Part shown: piece by piece, positions 39,724 through 50,381 of the stretch | Layout of the letters: each line of letters begins with the position of its first letter | Position numbering within the stretch: the stretch's first letter is position 1 | NCBI GenBank assembly: GCA_965208575.1 | Contig: CBDBOV010000006.1 | Coordinates: 608,001-672,000 of the forward strand | DNA from: Spirochaetia bacterium | GTDB lineage: Bacteria; Spirochaetota; Spirochaetia; SZUA-6; Bin103 | Direction: 5' to 3' | DNA length: 64,000 nt | Notes under the pieces: generated by a model | Told to the model about the DNA's origin: nothing | Databases searched by the model: none | The model's input: only the letters and a program-made list of their open reading frames with translations | Translations under genes and position numbers: made by a program

Positions 39724-40566
39724 TCATTCTATCACAAACCCTATAGGGTTTATGTCTACAATATCTCGTATAATCCTGATGGGCACGGCGTGCAGTAGTC
39801 CCGCGTTGCTAATTGCTACTGCACCCGTGTCCCGTCCTGTCACGGTCTTCACCTCAACCGGTGCGTTTACGTAACCCGTGATTACGCCTGCAATCTTCCA
39901 GCGGCACTCTTCACGGGTACGTGCTTTCAGCGGCTGAAAGACTACTGGCCCCCCGCTGAATCCCATGTTGTTGTGACCATCTATCCATACGGATTCCCCG
40001 ACGCCCACGTCATCCTTGAATTGGAAACCGCTCAATACGCCACCCATAACGAGCGGAGCACCTCTGTTCTTGTAACCCGGAAGAGGGCTTGTCTGGACAC
40101 TGGAAAAGTAACCAAGAAATCTTTCTGACTGACCGAGTGTCAAGCCATCTGTTCCCTGATCGACCGGATAGGCTTCCGACAGCTGTCGATTAGTGGCCAA
40201 AACCAGAACGTCTTGATTTTCCCTTCCCACTCCTACCAGTCTCACCGGTATCGCAGTCCATTCGTCAAGCTGAATTTCGACAGAAGACGGCAACTCTCCT
40301 GCGACAAGATGTTTTGCGGTCACGAGATACTGCCGGTGACCGATTTCCATTGTGAAACCTGTGGCGATCTGATTCGCAACTCGCAATGGAAAGACTCGAT
40401 AGAGTATGTTTGTCGTTACTGGTCCACGGTCTATAGGGCACGCAACATTCCCCTCGGTACCTGCTTCGTTGGGAGAATCCCCCTCGGCGGCAGCATAGTG
40501 GGCCAGCAACAACGCCATCGTTATGAGTATCGAAAGCACGCAGCTCCTTTCCTGTATGGGCTTCAA
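39724..40566 (-). CDS. Secreted trypsin-like serine protease
   Basis: LVTAKH, D, GHNNMGFSGGP triad motifs; signal peptide; low GC. Confidence 0.85.
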   Translation of the reverse strand: MKPIQERSCVLSILITMALLLAHYAAAEGDSPNEAGTEGNVACPIDRGPVTTNILYRVFPLRVANQIATGFTMEIGHRQYLVTAKHLVAGELPSSVEIQLDEWTAIPVRLVGVGRENQDVLVLATNRQLSEAYPVDQGTDGLTLGQSERFLGYFSSVQTSPLPGYKNRGAPLVMGGVLSGFQFKDDVGVGESVWIDGHNNMGFSGGPVVFQPLKARTREECRWKIAGVITGYVNAPVEVKTVTGRDTGAVAISNAGLLHAVPIRIIRDIVDINPIGFVIE

Positions 40567-40624
40567 GTTTCCTCCGTCGTCAGCATATAGCGCTCCACCC
40601 GATGCCTGCTAACAGTACCAGTTC

Positions 40625-40830
40625 CACGGCGGCAGCAGTACCGGCTCTCGATGCAGCTGTCTCGAAACGTTCGAGCGAGGCCCCGATCCTGGCCTTCCTC
40701 GTTTGCCACTCGATGAGCAATGGACGGACCACCACCGGCTTGACGATCAGCATGATCTTATCCCGGTCGGTGTAGTGTACACCGAGTTGAGTGCGCTTGT
40801 ACGGATCAAGTCCCCCTCGAACACCCCGTC
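40625..40830 (-). pseudogene. MmeI-like type IIG RM enzyme fragment
   Basis: GLDPYKRTQLGVHYTDRDKIMLIVKPVVVRPLLIEW. Confidence 0.75.
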
Positions 40831-41001
40831 GCCAGATACGCTTGAACGTCGAAGCCTGCGAGTATAGGATGAGCCAGTTCTCTGTTGGGGGTCACCGTGT
40901 ACCGGGCAAGTACTGGCGGTAGCCCCTATCTCTTTTCTCTGATCTCCGGAATCGCTCCCGGGCGAACCTATCCTACCCTCCGCTGGCCGGGTTGCTCAAA
41001 A

Positions 41002-41488
41002 TCAGGAACTCTCACCTGGCGGGCAACAGTTGGGGTGGAACACGTCAACGCCGTTGTCCTGGACCGGGATGATCTCGATGTCGGGTTCGCTGAAGATCAC
41101 GAACAGGTTCCCCTTGCCGGTGTTCTTGAGGTGGGCTGCCATGTGAAGGTCGGCGTTCATGCGCGCCTTGAGGATCGGGATGCAGCCCAACTTGCTGAAC
41201 TCGGTGGCGTGCGCCTCGTAGCTGAACGCGCACGCGATGAGCACGTCGAAGCCGGCGTCGGCTGCTCCGCGTGCGGCGGCCACCAAGTCGGGGCGGAAGA
41301 CGGTGCCGAACTCGGGGCCGATGAAGATGCCGGCCCGGCGTTCGATGCCGGTGTCCGCGTCACCTTCGACGTAGCGCCCCTCGGCACAGATGAGGTCGCC
41401 GGGCCACGGGGGTGAGCGCGGTGAAGGAGATGCGGTCCTCGCGGTGGGCCTGCTGGACAGCGGACGTGTTCAGGTGCACCAGGATCAT
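41002..41488 (-). pseudogene. Detached C-terminal part of type III Mod
   Basis: QQAHREDRISF, IGPEFGTV, FDVLIACAF, ARMNADLHM, TGKGNLFVIF. Confidence 0.85.
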
Positions 41489-41663
41489 CACTCCCGAAAG
41501 AACAACGCGAGCACCGCGACCGGCTGGCCAAGAGTGGGCTATAGTCAATCTCGTGTACACCCTTTCCGTACCATGGAGTCCGCTACCGCCTCACCGCTCC
41601 CCCAGCGCGTTCGCACGCCACCGAAACGGGCCTCGCGAGCGCTCGCACACGAGATTCGGGCTG

Positions 41664-42563
41664 GTGATCCATTATGCCGTGCTCGCTCTAGTCGTGGCTG
41701 CGATGTTGGCTCCGGTGGCTGCGTACTCTGATCATTTGATTCAAGTGGTGGACGAAAGCTGCGGAGTTATCATCGGGCGCGATCAAGCCGATATCGAGGC
41801 GGCCACAACGCTCTGCTCTGTCCTTGAAGATGGACCCAGGTTGGTTCGTATAGTTGCCGACGGGCGGTTCTTGTCCCTAGAAATAGACGAAGATACAGCC
41901 CGCGAAGCGTTGGCGAACAAGCCTTGGTTCAAAAACACAGTGCGTGATTTGATGGCGATTTGGAGAGGGTTGACCCAATCGGAGTCGATCGTTGTTTGGG
42001 TATACTGGACGGACACACTGCTTGCTAAGAGCGGCAAGCCAGCGTATTCAGATGATCTGAATCAAACGGCGGTTGATGGGTGCGGAGTTATCATCGGACG
42101 CGATCAAGCCGATATCGAGGCGGCTACAGCGCTGTGCTCTGTCCTTGAAGGTGGGCCCGGGTTGCTGCGCATAGATGCCGACGGGCGGCTTCTGTCCTTG
42201 GTGTTGGACTGGCCCCTTAGACTCAGCGAGGTTCTACCCTGGGGGTCAGACATAGAGCACCCCTCCGTGGAAGCCTGGGCTCGGAGAGGTAGTGAAGCGT
42301 TCGACACATCCAGGCTTCGGACCAAAGAGAGTGTGCTTGAACTTATGGACCTATGGAAGAGGCTAACCGGAGTTGTGCGTCCGGTCGTTGTTCGGGTGTA
42401 CTCGAAGGGCCAGCTGCGCGACGCATGGGAGGTGCTGGAAGGCAAGCCGGAGGTCTTCGGTCATGGCCACGTTGTGACATTCACTCATGAGTGGATCCAG
42501 CAATACGATCAAGCCCTCCGGGTTTTGGGACTACCAACCCTGCCACCGGTGGTGCCGCGCTGA
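41664..42563 (+). CDS. Hypothetical exported protein with duplicated domain
   Basis: Signal-like start; two copies of CGVIIGRDQADIEAAT.LCSVLE. Confidence 0.65.
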   Translation: MIHYAVLALVVAAMLAPVAAYSDHLIQVVDESCGVIIGRDQADIEAATTLCSVLEDGPRLVRIVADGRFLSLEIDEDTAREALANKPWFKNTVRDLMAIWRGLTQSESIVVWVYWTDTLLAKSGKPAYSDDLNQTAVDGCGVIIGRDQADIEAATALCSVLEGGPGLLRIDADGRLLSLVLDWPLRLSEVLPWGSDIEHPSVEAWARRGSEAFDTSRLRTKESVLELMDLWKRLTGVVRPVVVRVYSKGQLRDAWEVLEGKPEVFGHGHVVTFTHEWIQQYDQALRVLGLPTLPPVVPR

Positions 42564-44929
42564 GCGGGCGCCGTCGCTGAGCTGTCGACGGGCGCCTCCC
42601 GTCGCGCAAAAATCGGCCGCTCGGCGCAGATCAGGTCACCCGGCCACGGGGTGAGCGCGGTGAAGGAGATGCGGTCCTCGCGGCGCGCCTGTTGGACGCC
42701 GGACGTGTTCAGGTGCTCCAGGATCATGGTCGCGAAGTCGTGCTGGCCGTCGTAGCCAGTCTTGGTCTCGGCGAGATGGTTGATGAGTTCGTCATTCTCG
42801 TCGACGCCGAGGGTGCGGTGGGGCGCCAGGCTCTCCACCGTGAACGGGCCAGCCACGCGGACGATGCCCCGATCTTCGTAGGGCTTGTCGTACAGGTATT
42901 CGAAGTCGGCCTTGGCGGCGATGGACGCGTCGATCTCCTTCTGCCGCGCGATGCGCGCCTCCCACCAACGGCGGTGCAGGTCGGTCGGCCCGGCGTCCCA
43001 CGGGTCGCGCGGCTGGTCGGGGACGTCCTCGAGGGTGTAGTCGCGGCGCAGGGCGTTGTTCAAAGCCAACAGTCCGTCGGCTCTCTGCGCATCGGACTTG
43101 GCCGACTGCAGGCGCTTCAACGCTGCCGTGGCCCGATCGGGCCACGGGTCGCCGGCCTCTCGCGGGATCTCCCAATCCTCCCAAGTGCGGCCAAGCACGC
43201 CGTTCAGTTCCGCCCGAAGCGGCTCCAGGGTCTCCTGCCATCGCTCCCAGATCACTTCGATCTCCGCGTTGTTGGCTATTGACTTGAGGGTGATGTGCGG
43301 TACGCGTTGGTACACGAAGCCCTGTCGGATGTCGCCACCAATCGGGGCGCCGGCCGGCACGGTCTGGGTGAGTTCGGCGTCCCTCTCCCGTCCCGCCGTG
43401 CTGTCCGCGAGCAGGTAGTAGGGATACCGCGCCCCCATGACGCGGGATCGGGCCAGCGCCAGCGCTACGCGCGAGGTGTCGATGGTAATCCATCGCCGCC
43501 CCCACTGTTCCGCAACGTAGGCAGTCGTACCGGAGCCGCAAGTTGGGTCGAGCACAAGATCCCCAGGGTCGGTGGTCATGAGGATGGCACGTTGGATAAC
43601 GCGTACATTTGTCTGCACGACGTATGTTTTTTCCGCTCCGAGGGTTCCTCCGGTATCGTCCCAAGAACTGTTCACCGGAAAGTACGGCGACTCGTCGAAA
43701 TAGCGAACAAGACTCAACGAAGTATTGGCTCCATGCAGCCGTCCGGCAAGAGCCGCTCTGGCAAGACCAACTTCGGTGGTTGTCCAACCTCGTGTGCCTG
43801 ATGGTCGATAACTACTGCCTTCAAAAGAAAACAAGAATCCCATCGCTGAGTGTTCGCCAGCCGACCGTCCCTGCCGCTGTGATGTGGTGTCTCCCATCCT
43901 CAGCAAACGGACCCCAGGATCAGATAGTAGCCCTCCCTCTGCGAGAAACTCGGTCAACGATAATTTCATCCCGTCCACGTCAACAATCCTGTATGGACCA
44001 GGGTTGGCGACATCGAGTGGACGAGAGATGAACATCCTTCGAAATTTCATTGATTGCTTTTTCTTCGAGAACCAGAGCGCATAGTCTTTCGGGTTAGACA
44101 AGTACACAGAAGTTGAACCGGAAGTTGTATTGAACGCAATAAGAGAGACAAAGTTTTCTTCTCCAAAGACCTCGTCCATCAATGCTCTCACACGGTGGAC
44201 GTTTTCGTCGCCGATTTGGACGAAGATGCTGCCGGTTTCGGTGAGGAGGTCGCGGGCTACGGTGAGGCGGTCGCGGAGGTAGGTGAGGTAGGAGTGGATT
44301 CCGTCGCGCCAGGTGTCGCGGAAGGCTTTGACTTGCTCGGGTTCGCGGGTGATGTGTTCGGCTTTGCCGTCGCGCACGTCGCGGCTGGTGGTGGACCACT
44401 GGAAGTTGGAGTTGAACTTGATACCGTAGGGCGGGTCGAGGTAGATGCACTGCACCTTGCCGCGCAGGCCTTCGCGCTCGGCCAGGGAGGCCATTACCTG
44501 CAGGCTGTCGCCGAGGATCATGCGGTTGGACCAGTTGGCGTCGTGGCGGTAGAACTCGGTGCGGGCGTTGTCGTCGGGCAGGCCGTTGAAGTCGGCGAAC
44601 AGGTCGAGCTGGTCGTCGGCGGCTTGTTCGCCTTGCTTGCTGCGGCGCACCAGGTCGTCGATCAGCGCCTTGGGGTGGACCTTCTCCTGGATGAACAGCG
44701 GCGGGGCCTGCACCACGAGGTCGGACCAGTCCTGCTCGTCCTTGCCGCGCCACACGAGTTGCGGATCGAGGTCGCGGTTGCGGCGCTGGTAGGCCACCTG
44801 GACGGGGCTCTGGTCGCCCTTCTCCATCACCGACCGGTACTCGGCGGTGGGGATGTTGCGGCGCGATGCCTCGTCGTGGGTAATGGTGGTTACTTCGATC
44901 GGTTTCTTGCGCGTCCGGCGCTTGGCCAT
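42509..44929 (-). CDS. mod: Type III RM N6-adenine methyltransferase, C-terminally truncated at about 42620
   Basis: DPQLVWRGK, DPPY, DPTCGSGTT; low-GC TRD around 43590-44200. Confidence 0.88.
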   Translation of the reverse strand: MAKRRTRKKPIEVTTITHDEASRRNIPTAEYRSVMEKGDQSPVQVAYQRRNRDLDPQLVWRGKDEQDWSDLVVQAPPLFIQEKVHPKALIDDLVRRSKQGEQAADDQLDLFADFNGLPDDNARTEFYRHDANWSNRMILGDSLQVMASLAEREGLRGKVQCIYLDPPYGIKFNSNFQWSTTSRDVRDGKAEHITREPEQVKAFRDTWRDGIHSYLTYLRDRLTVARDLLTETGSIFVQIGDENVHRVRALMDEVFGEENFVSLIAFNTTSGSTSVYLSNPKDYALWFSKKKQSMKFRRMFISRPLDVANPGPYRIVDVDGMKLSLTEFLAEGGLLSDPGVRLLRMGDTTSQRQGRSAGEHSAMGFLFSFEGSSYRPSGTRGWTTTEVGLARAALAGRLHGANTSLSLVRYFDESPYFPVNSSWDDTGGTLGAEKTYVVQTNVRVIQRAILMTTDPGDLVLDPTCGSGTTAYVAEQWGRRWITIDTSRVALALARSRVMGARYPYYLLADSTAGRERDAELTQTVPAGAPIGGDIRQGFVYQRVPHITLKSIANNAEIEVIWERWQETLEPLRAELNGVLGRTWEDWEIPREAGDPWPDRATAALKRLQSAKSDAQRADGLLALNNALRRDYTLEDVPDQPRDPWDAGPTDLHRRWWEARIARQKEIDASIAAKADFEYLYDKPYEDRGIVRVAGPFTVESLAPHRTLGVDENDELINHLAETKTGYDGQHDFATMILEHLNTSGVQQARREDRISFTALTPWPGDLICAERPIFARREAPVDSSATAPAQRGTTGGRVGSPKTRRA

Positions 44930-47900
44930 CTATCCAGCAATCCTCTTGTGGTCGGCATCGGCGTTCACGAGGCCGGTGGCGGCGGCAAACTCGTCGGCAA
45001 TGCTATATACGTCGGTGAACTCTGCGAAGGCCCAGCGGCCGTAGGCGCCGGAGTGGTTGATGCCCGGTATCCAGTAGGTGTCCATGGTGGCCTTCTTTTC
45101 CTTGGCGTCCTCGCGGCGGTAGCCCTTGATCTCGACCACGAGGTGGAGCAGGTCATGGTCGCCGCGGCCATCGTCCACCAGCACGATGAAGTCGGGCAGG
45201 TAGGTGCGCGCCTCGGCGCCGTAGCGGTAGGGAACCTCCAGCCCCAGGCCGTGGTTCTTGACGTAGGCGCGGACGTGCGGCTGCGACTCGACGAAGCGGC
45301 AGAACTCGGCCTCCCACTCGCTGTCGCACACCACCCAGTTCACGTGGCACCGGCGGGGGTCGGTTTGCCAGCGGGTCTGCTTCGAGGTGGTGAAGTTGAC
45401 GTGGCTGGTGGAGCCGGTCGGATTGTAGGGGTCCAGCACCGCGGTAACGGCGCGCTCCCCGAGATGGCGCGCCACGACCGCACGCGTGATGCGCGTGCAC
45501 GCCTGGTCGGCCAGTTCCTGGTACATGAGCTGGGCGGGATAGGTGCCGCCCTTGCAGACCAGGTGATCGTCCAGCCAGCGGCGGGTGACCCGCTTGAGTT
45601 GACCGAACAGGTGCAGCTTCGGCTCCTGGCCGGGCTCGCGCCAGTGTTTCTCCAGCAGGGTCTTGGTGAGGTGGTAGACCAGCGTGGCGGGGCGCAGGTC
45701 GCGGCGGTGGATCAGGTTCAGGTCGACGCCCTCGCCGATGATGCCGGCATTGTGGGTCACGGATGGACCGACGATGTCCGGGGTCAGGACCAGGGTGGAG
45801 TCGCGGTCGAACCTGGCGTCGACCTGTTCTTCCGGCAGTTCCACGCGGTAGCCCTGCACGCGCGGGAAGCGAATCTCGCAGGCGTCGCGATCCGGGGTGA
45901 TGGCCCTTACCGCTACTGTTTTGCGTGGCTTCGCCGGCTTGACGGCCACCGGCTGGGCGGTGAAGTCGAACGGGATGCCGAGCACGTCGGCGTACTCGAC
46001 GTTGAACCGGCCCTTCTCGTTCAGGTCGTAGGACTGGCGGCGCAGCGCGCGGCCCACCACCTGCTCGCACAGAAGCTGGGTGCCGAACGCGCGCACGCCG
46101 AGGATGTGGGTGACGGTGCGCGCGTCCCAGCCCTCGGTGAGCATCGACACCGACACCACGCAGCGGGTGGAACCGCCGAGCCGGCCCGCCACGCCGACGG
46201 TGTTCATCACTTCGCGCAACAGGTCCTGGTCGGACAGGCTCTCGGCCTGGCGGCGGTCGCCGGTGCGGGCAATGATCTCGCGGCGAAAGCGCTCGATCTC
46301 GTCGCTCGCGGCGCCCCGGAACTCGCGCCCGAGTCCTTCGCCGGAGTCGAGCTGCTCGCTGTCGATCAGCAGGGTGTGCGGCCGGGCGAGCGGGTTTCCG
46401 TGGTCGTCGAAGTTCCGGAACAGCTCCAGCCGTCCGTTCTCGAGCGAAGCGGAGCCGTCCCCGCGTTGGCGATGGAACCCGGAGATGTAGTCGTAGACCA
46501 GCTTGGAGGTGGCGGTGTTGTTGCACACCACGATGAAGCAGGGCGGCACCTCGATGCCGGCCTCGCGCTACTGGTCGAACACCTTCTCGTAGTGGCCGTA
46601 GAGCGCGTCGAGGGCGGTCTTGAGCCGAGTGGGAATGCTCAGCGGGTCGAGCGCCGCCGCCTTGGCGCGCCCCTTTGCGCGGCATCTGCTTGCCGATGTG
46701 CTGCCACAGGTTGCGGAACGTGGGCATCTCGCCGCTGGGGATGTTGTCCGCCACCGGCACGCGCGGCAGCTTGACGATGCCGCACTCGATCGCGTCCATC
46801 AGCGAGAAGTCGCTCATCGTCCACGGGAACAGCGTGCCCTCCGCGTAGCCGGAGCCGCGCAGGAAGAACGGCGTGGCCGACAGGTCGATCACCCGGCTCA
46901 GACTCAGCCTGCGCTGCACCGTTTCGAGGCCGGAAATCCACACCCGCGCGGCTTCGCTGTTCTTGCTTGCCTCGCGGCGGTCGTCCGCCGTCAGCCTGGC
47001 CTCCTCGCTGTCCTGCGCCGGCTTTTCGCGGTAGCAGTGATGCGCCTCGTCGTTGAACGCCATGATGTTCTTCATGCCCATCAGGCCGGGCATGACCCGC
47101 TGCAGCACCTGCCCCTCGGTCTCCAGCGTGTGCAGCTCCGGGCCGCGGCCCTGCAGCAGGGCGCGTCCGCCGCGGGAGATCTCCTGGGTCTCGCGCGCCA
47201 TGAAGGCGTGGTAGTTGGTGATGACAATGGCGGCGCGCTGCAGGTCGCCGAGCATGTCGCGCGGCACCAGTTCGCGGCTCTGGTAGTAGCTGTCCGGGTC
47301 GTTGGGCTGCAGCACGCGCAGGCGGTCGCGGATGGTCAGGCCGGGGGTCACCACCAGGAAGCCGCGCGTGAATCGCCGGCTGCCGGGATGGCGCACCGCG
47401 TTGACCGTCTGCCACGCGATCAGCATCGCCATCACCGTGGTCTTGCCGGCGCCGGTGGCGAGCTTGAGCGCCAGCCGCGCGAGGCCGGGGTTGGCCTACT
47501 CGTTCGCCTCCTGCAGCCGCTCGATGAACCCGCGCCCCTCGCGGCCGGCGCCGGCGGCCACCTCGGTCAGCCAGATCACGGTCTCCACCGCCTCCACCTG
47601 GCAGAAGAATGGACGCAGGTCGCTGAACTGGTGGTGGCGCCAATGCTGCAGCAGGCGGGCGGTCTCCGGGGTAACCCGCCACCGGGCACGCGGCAGCCGG
47701 CGCCACTCGTTCACGCTGTTGCGCACGCTCTCGATCATCCTCATCAGCTCGTATTGCTGGCCGTCCTCGTCCGCCGCGGTGCGGGCATCGTCCAGGCCCA
47801 ACTCGCTCTGAGCCGCGCGTCGCTTGCGGGCGGCGGGTATCGGCGTGATGAACGACACGGTACGCCGGCGGTCGACGATCCGGTTGGTGGGCTGGCGGTT

Positions 47901-47978
47901 CTCGTCCAGTTCCCAGTGCCGCGCCGGGTACTCATACGGCGAATTCAGGATCGGCTGTTCGAAGAACCTCTCCGCCAC
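44930..47978 (-). pseudogene. res: Type III RM restriction helicase/nuclease, disrupted
   Basis: PILNSPY, ATGAGKT, DEAHH, SATP, EGWD, YLPDF..EIKG; TAG at 47496 and 46568, frameshift near 46670. Confidence 0.9.
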
Positions 47979-48183
47979 GCCGCCATCGTAATTCCTCGCC
48001 CCCATGTATGAGAACACCTTGTCGATTAAGGTCGATCAAGCCCTGAGTCGCGGCCGTTCCGGGACCGCCGCCTGTCGACCTCCCCGTCCTGGCGCCGGCC
48101 CGGCGACGCCGACCCGTTGCCGGTTGCTCGCCCGGCAGCAGGGGGTTGCGGAACGAGCGGTCAAGATGATATGGTGGTCGAAG

Positions 48184-48407
48184 AATGATGAGTAACTCAC
48201 CCGAGCCCAGAGAACGCGATGATCCCGGGGACAGAGTCGAAAGGTGGCTAGCCGATTACCACGAGCGGGTGCGCGAGCGGCCTCGCGATCGCACAGACAT
48301 ACCAGAGTATATCAACCGTTCTTGGAGGGTGTCACGAGGCTTGAGGCGATGATACGGGATCTCATCGAGAAGAAGCCGACCGCTCCGAATGACGATGGTG
48401 CCGGTGA
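48184..48407 (+). pseudogene. Degenerate paralog of the 48555 gene
   Basis: Shared upstream region and EP.. start; EGVTRLEAMIRDLIEKK vs VGLARVEAAVRGLAETK. Confidence 0.5.
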
Positions 48408-48554
48408 AGAATGACGCGCTGAGAGAGGCCGCCGGAGCCCCTGCCGTGGTGCCGCCCGTCGCGGCCGGCCCCGGCGACGCCGCCCGGTTGCTGGTTGCTC
48501 CCGGGATAGTAGCGGATTGTGGAACGTTCGGTCAAGCTGGTATGGTAATTGACG

Positions 48555-48947
48555 ATGATGAATGATGTGCCCGAGCCAACACTCCGCGACGTGATGGACC
48601 ACCTGATCCGCATCGACCGGCGACTGGATGAAAACAACGAGCAGATCCGCAACCTGGATGACCGCCTGGACCGCATCGAGGTACGGCTGGATGAGCACGG
48701 CGAGCAGATCCGCAACCTGGGTGGCCGCCTGGACCGCATCGAAGGGCGGCTGGACAGCATCGAAGGCCAACTGCGCACGCTGCGCAACCGCATGGACAGA
48801 CTGGAGCAAGCCGTCGCCGACGTGCTCAAGGTCGGACTCGCGAGAGTGGAGGCGGCCGTTCGGGGCCTCGCCGAGACGAAGGCAGACCGCTCCGAACTGG
48901 CGGAGCTGCGGGCGGACGTTGACGCGCTGAAGGAGGCGGCCGGATAG
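48555..48947 (+). CDS. Small heptad-repeat coiled-coil protein
   Basis: RLDRIE/EQIRNL repeats. Confidence 0.75.
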   Translation: MMNDVPEPTLRDVMDHLIRIDRRLDENNEQIRNLDDRLDRIEVRLDEHGEQIRNLGGRLDRIEGRLDSIEGQLRTLRNRMDRLEQAVADVLKVGLARVEAAVRGLAETKADRSELAELRADVDALKEAAG

Positions 48948-49178
48948 GCAGCCGGCACACGCCCCATGGCGTCGGTGCGCCCAGTCTGTCTCGACACCGC
49001 CCCGAGCGGACACTTGATCGGCGCGCCCGTATGGTGCGCAAATCGTGAATCTCACCTTGTCCGTCGATTAGCAGACCGCGAAGCGTGCGAGGTTGACAGC
49101 CTGGAGGCGGTGAACCCGTTTGCCGGCACCGCGTCGACGGCCGTGTCTCGCCAGGGCGGGTGAGGATCCTCCCGGGCC

Positions 49179-50381
49179 TCAATGGTCAGACTCCCGCGGG
49201 CCGGGTGCCTGGTGTTGGACGGTGCGGACGGTGCCGTCGCGGTTGAAGGTGTAGGTGACGCCGGCCCAGGTGACACGGCGCATGAACAGGGAGCGCAGCG
49301 CTCCCCACAGCGCTACCAGTGCGACCAGCGGCGTCAGCGCCACCCAGCGACGCCGTGAGAAGGTGAGCGGGCGCTCGCGCGGCGCCGTGCACAGCAGCGG
49401 CGACACCAGCACGGCGGCGAACAGCCCGGCCGCCGCCACCACCGGCCACGCCGCGGCGCCGCTTCCCCCGATCGCCGCGACCAGCTCCGCGGCGGCACCG
49501 GCGAACGCCGCCGCGAGTCCCAGGATCCCGATTACCGCCGCCCACCACGACCCCGGCGTGTAGAGCCGCGTGTAGAACACCTGGCGGCTGAACCAGTCGA
49601 GCAGGTCGGGGAAACCGGCGATTGCGTCGCCGGTCGGCGACACGCAGCGCGGCACGAACACGCGGCGGGCGCGGTGGCGGGCCAGCAGGGTCTGCAGTGA
49701 CAGGTCGTCGGACAGCCGCGTGACCCAGTGGGTGGCCACCCCCAGGCGCTGCCAGTCGGTGCGCCGGATCGCCCAGGTGCCGCCCCACACCGCCTGCGAG
49801 GTGGGCCAGGCGGCGAGCGCCGCCATGTGCGCCGACAGCACGGTGTGCACCTGCGCGGCCACGCTCGCCGACACGGGTGCCAGCCAGCGGTAGCCGGTGG
49901 CGACCGTCACGTGCGGCCGCCGCAGCGCCCCGACCAGGTGGTGCAGCAGGTCGGGAGGCGGCTCGATGTCGGCGTCGCAGAACGCGTACACCTCCGCCTC
50001 CGCGGGCGCGGCCGACACCGCGACGAGCAGGTTGTGGATCTTCTGCGAGCCGGTGCGGGCCAGGCCGGCGACCACGTGGCGGACGTGGTCGTGATGTGCG
50101 GCCACGGCGGCGATCAGCGGCACCGCGGCGTCGCGCTCGCTCTCGGTGACGAAGGTGATCGCGAGCGGACGGTAGCGCTGGGCGGCGAACGCCTCGAGGT
50201 GGCGCTCCAGGTGCGCGCCGGCCCCCTTGCACGGCACGACCAGGTGCACCGCGGCGGCGGGGCTGCGCGCCAGGCGCGGCCGGTAGCGGCTGCCGCGCCA
50301 CCAGCTCAGCGCCGCCGGCGCCACCTGTACCGCGCTCAGGACGGCGAACAGGAGCGTCCGCGTCAGCTCCCAGCCGGTCAC
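49179..50381 (-). CDS. GT2/GT21 membrane glycosyltransferase (ceramide glucosyltransferase/HpnI-like)
   Basis: VPCKG, QKIHNL, DAD, SDD, WFSRQ; TM helices; GTGA coupled. Confidence 0.85.
   Translation of the reverse strand: MTGWELTRTLLFAVLSAVQVAPAALSWWRGSRYRPRLARSPAAAVHLVVPCKGAGAHLERHLEAFAAQRYRPLAITFVTESERDAAVPLIAAVAAHHDHVRHVVAGLARTGSQKIHNLLVAVSAAPAEAEVYAFCDADIEPPPDLLHHLVGALRRPHVTVATGYRWLAPVSASVAAQVHTVLSAHMAALAAWPTSQAVWGGTWAIRRTDWQRLGVATHWVTRLSDDLSLQTLLARHRARRVFVPRCVSPTGDAIAGFPDLLDWFSRQVFYTRLYTPGSWWAAVIGILGLAAAFAGAAAELVAAIGGSGAAAWPVVAAAGLFAAVLVSPLLCTAPRERPLTFSRRRWVALTPLVALVALWGALRSLFMRRVTWAGVTYTFNRDGTVRTVQHQAPGPRESDH

Noticed and set aside
18082-47498. Amber recoding: five premature stops are all TAG (18082, 24294, 25874, 46568, 47496)
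   Set aside because: They replace different residues (Tyr, Trp, probably Leu and Gln/Glu), most lie in genes with other lesions, and many intact genes (gap, permeases, pemK) end in TAG. TAG is the expected nonsense product in GC-rich codons.
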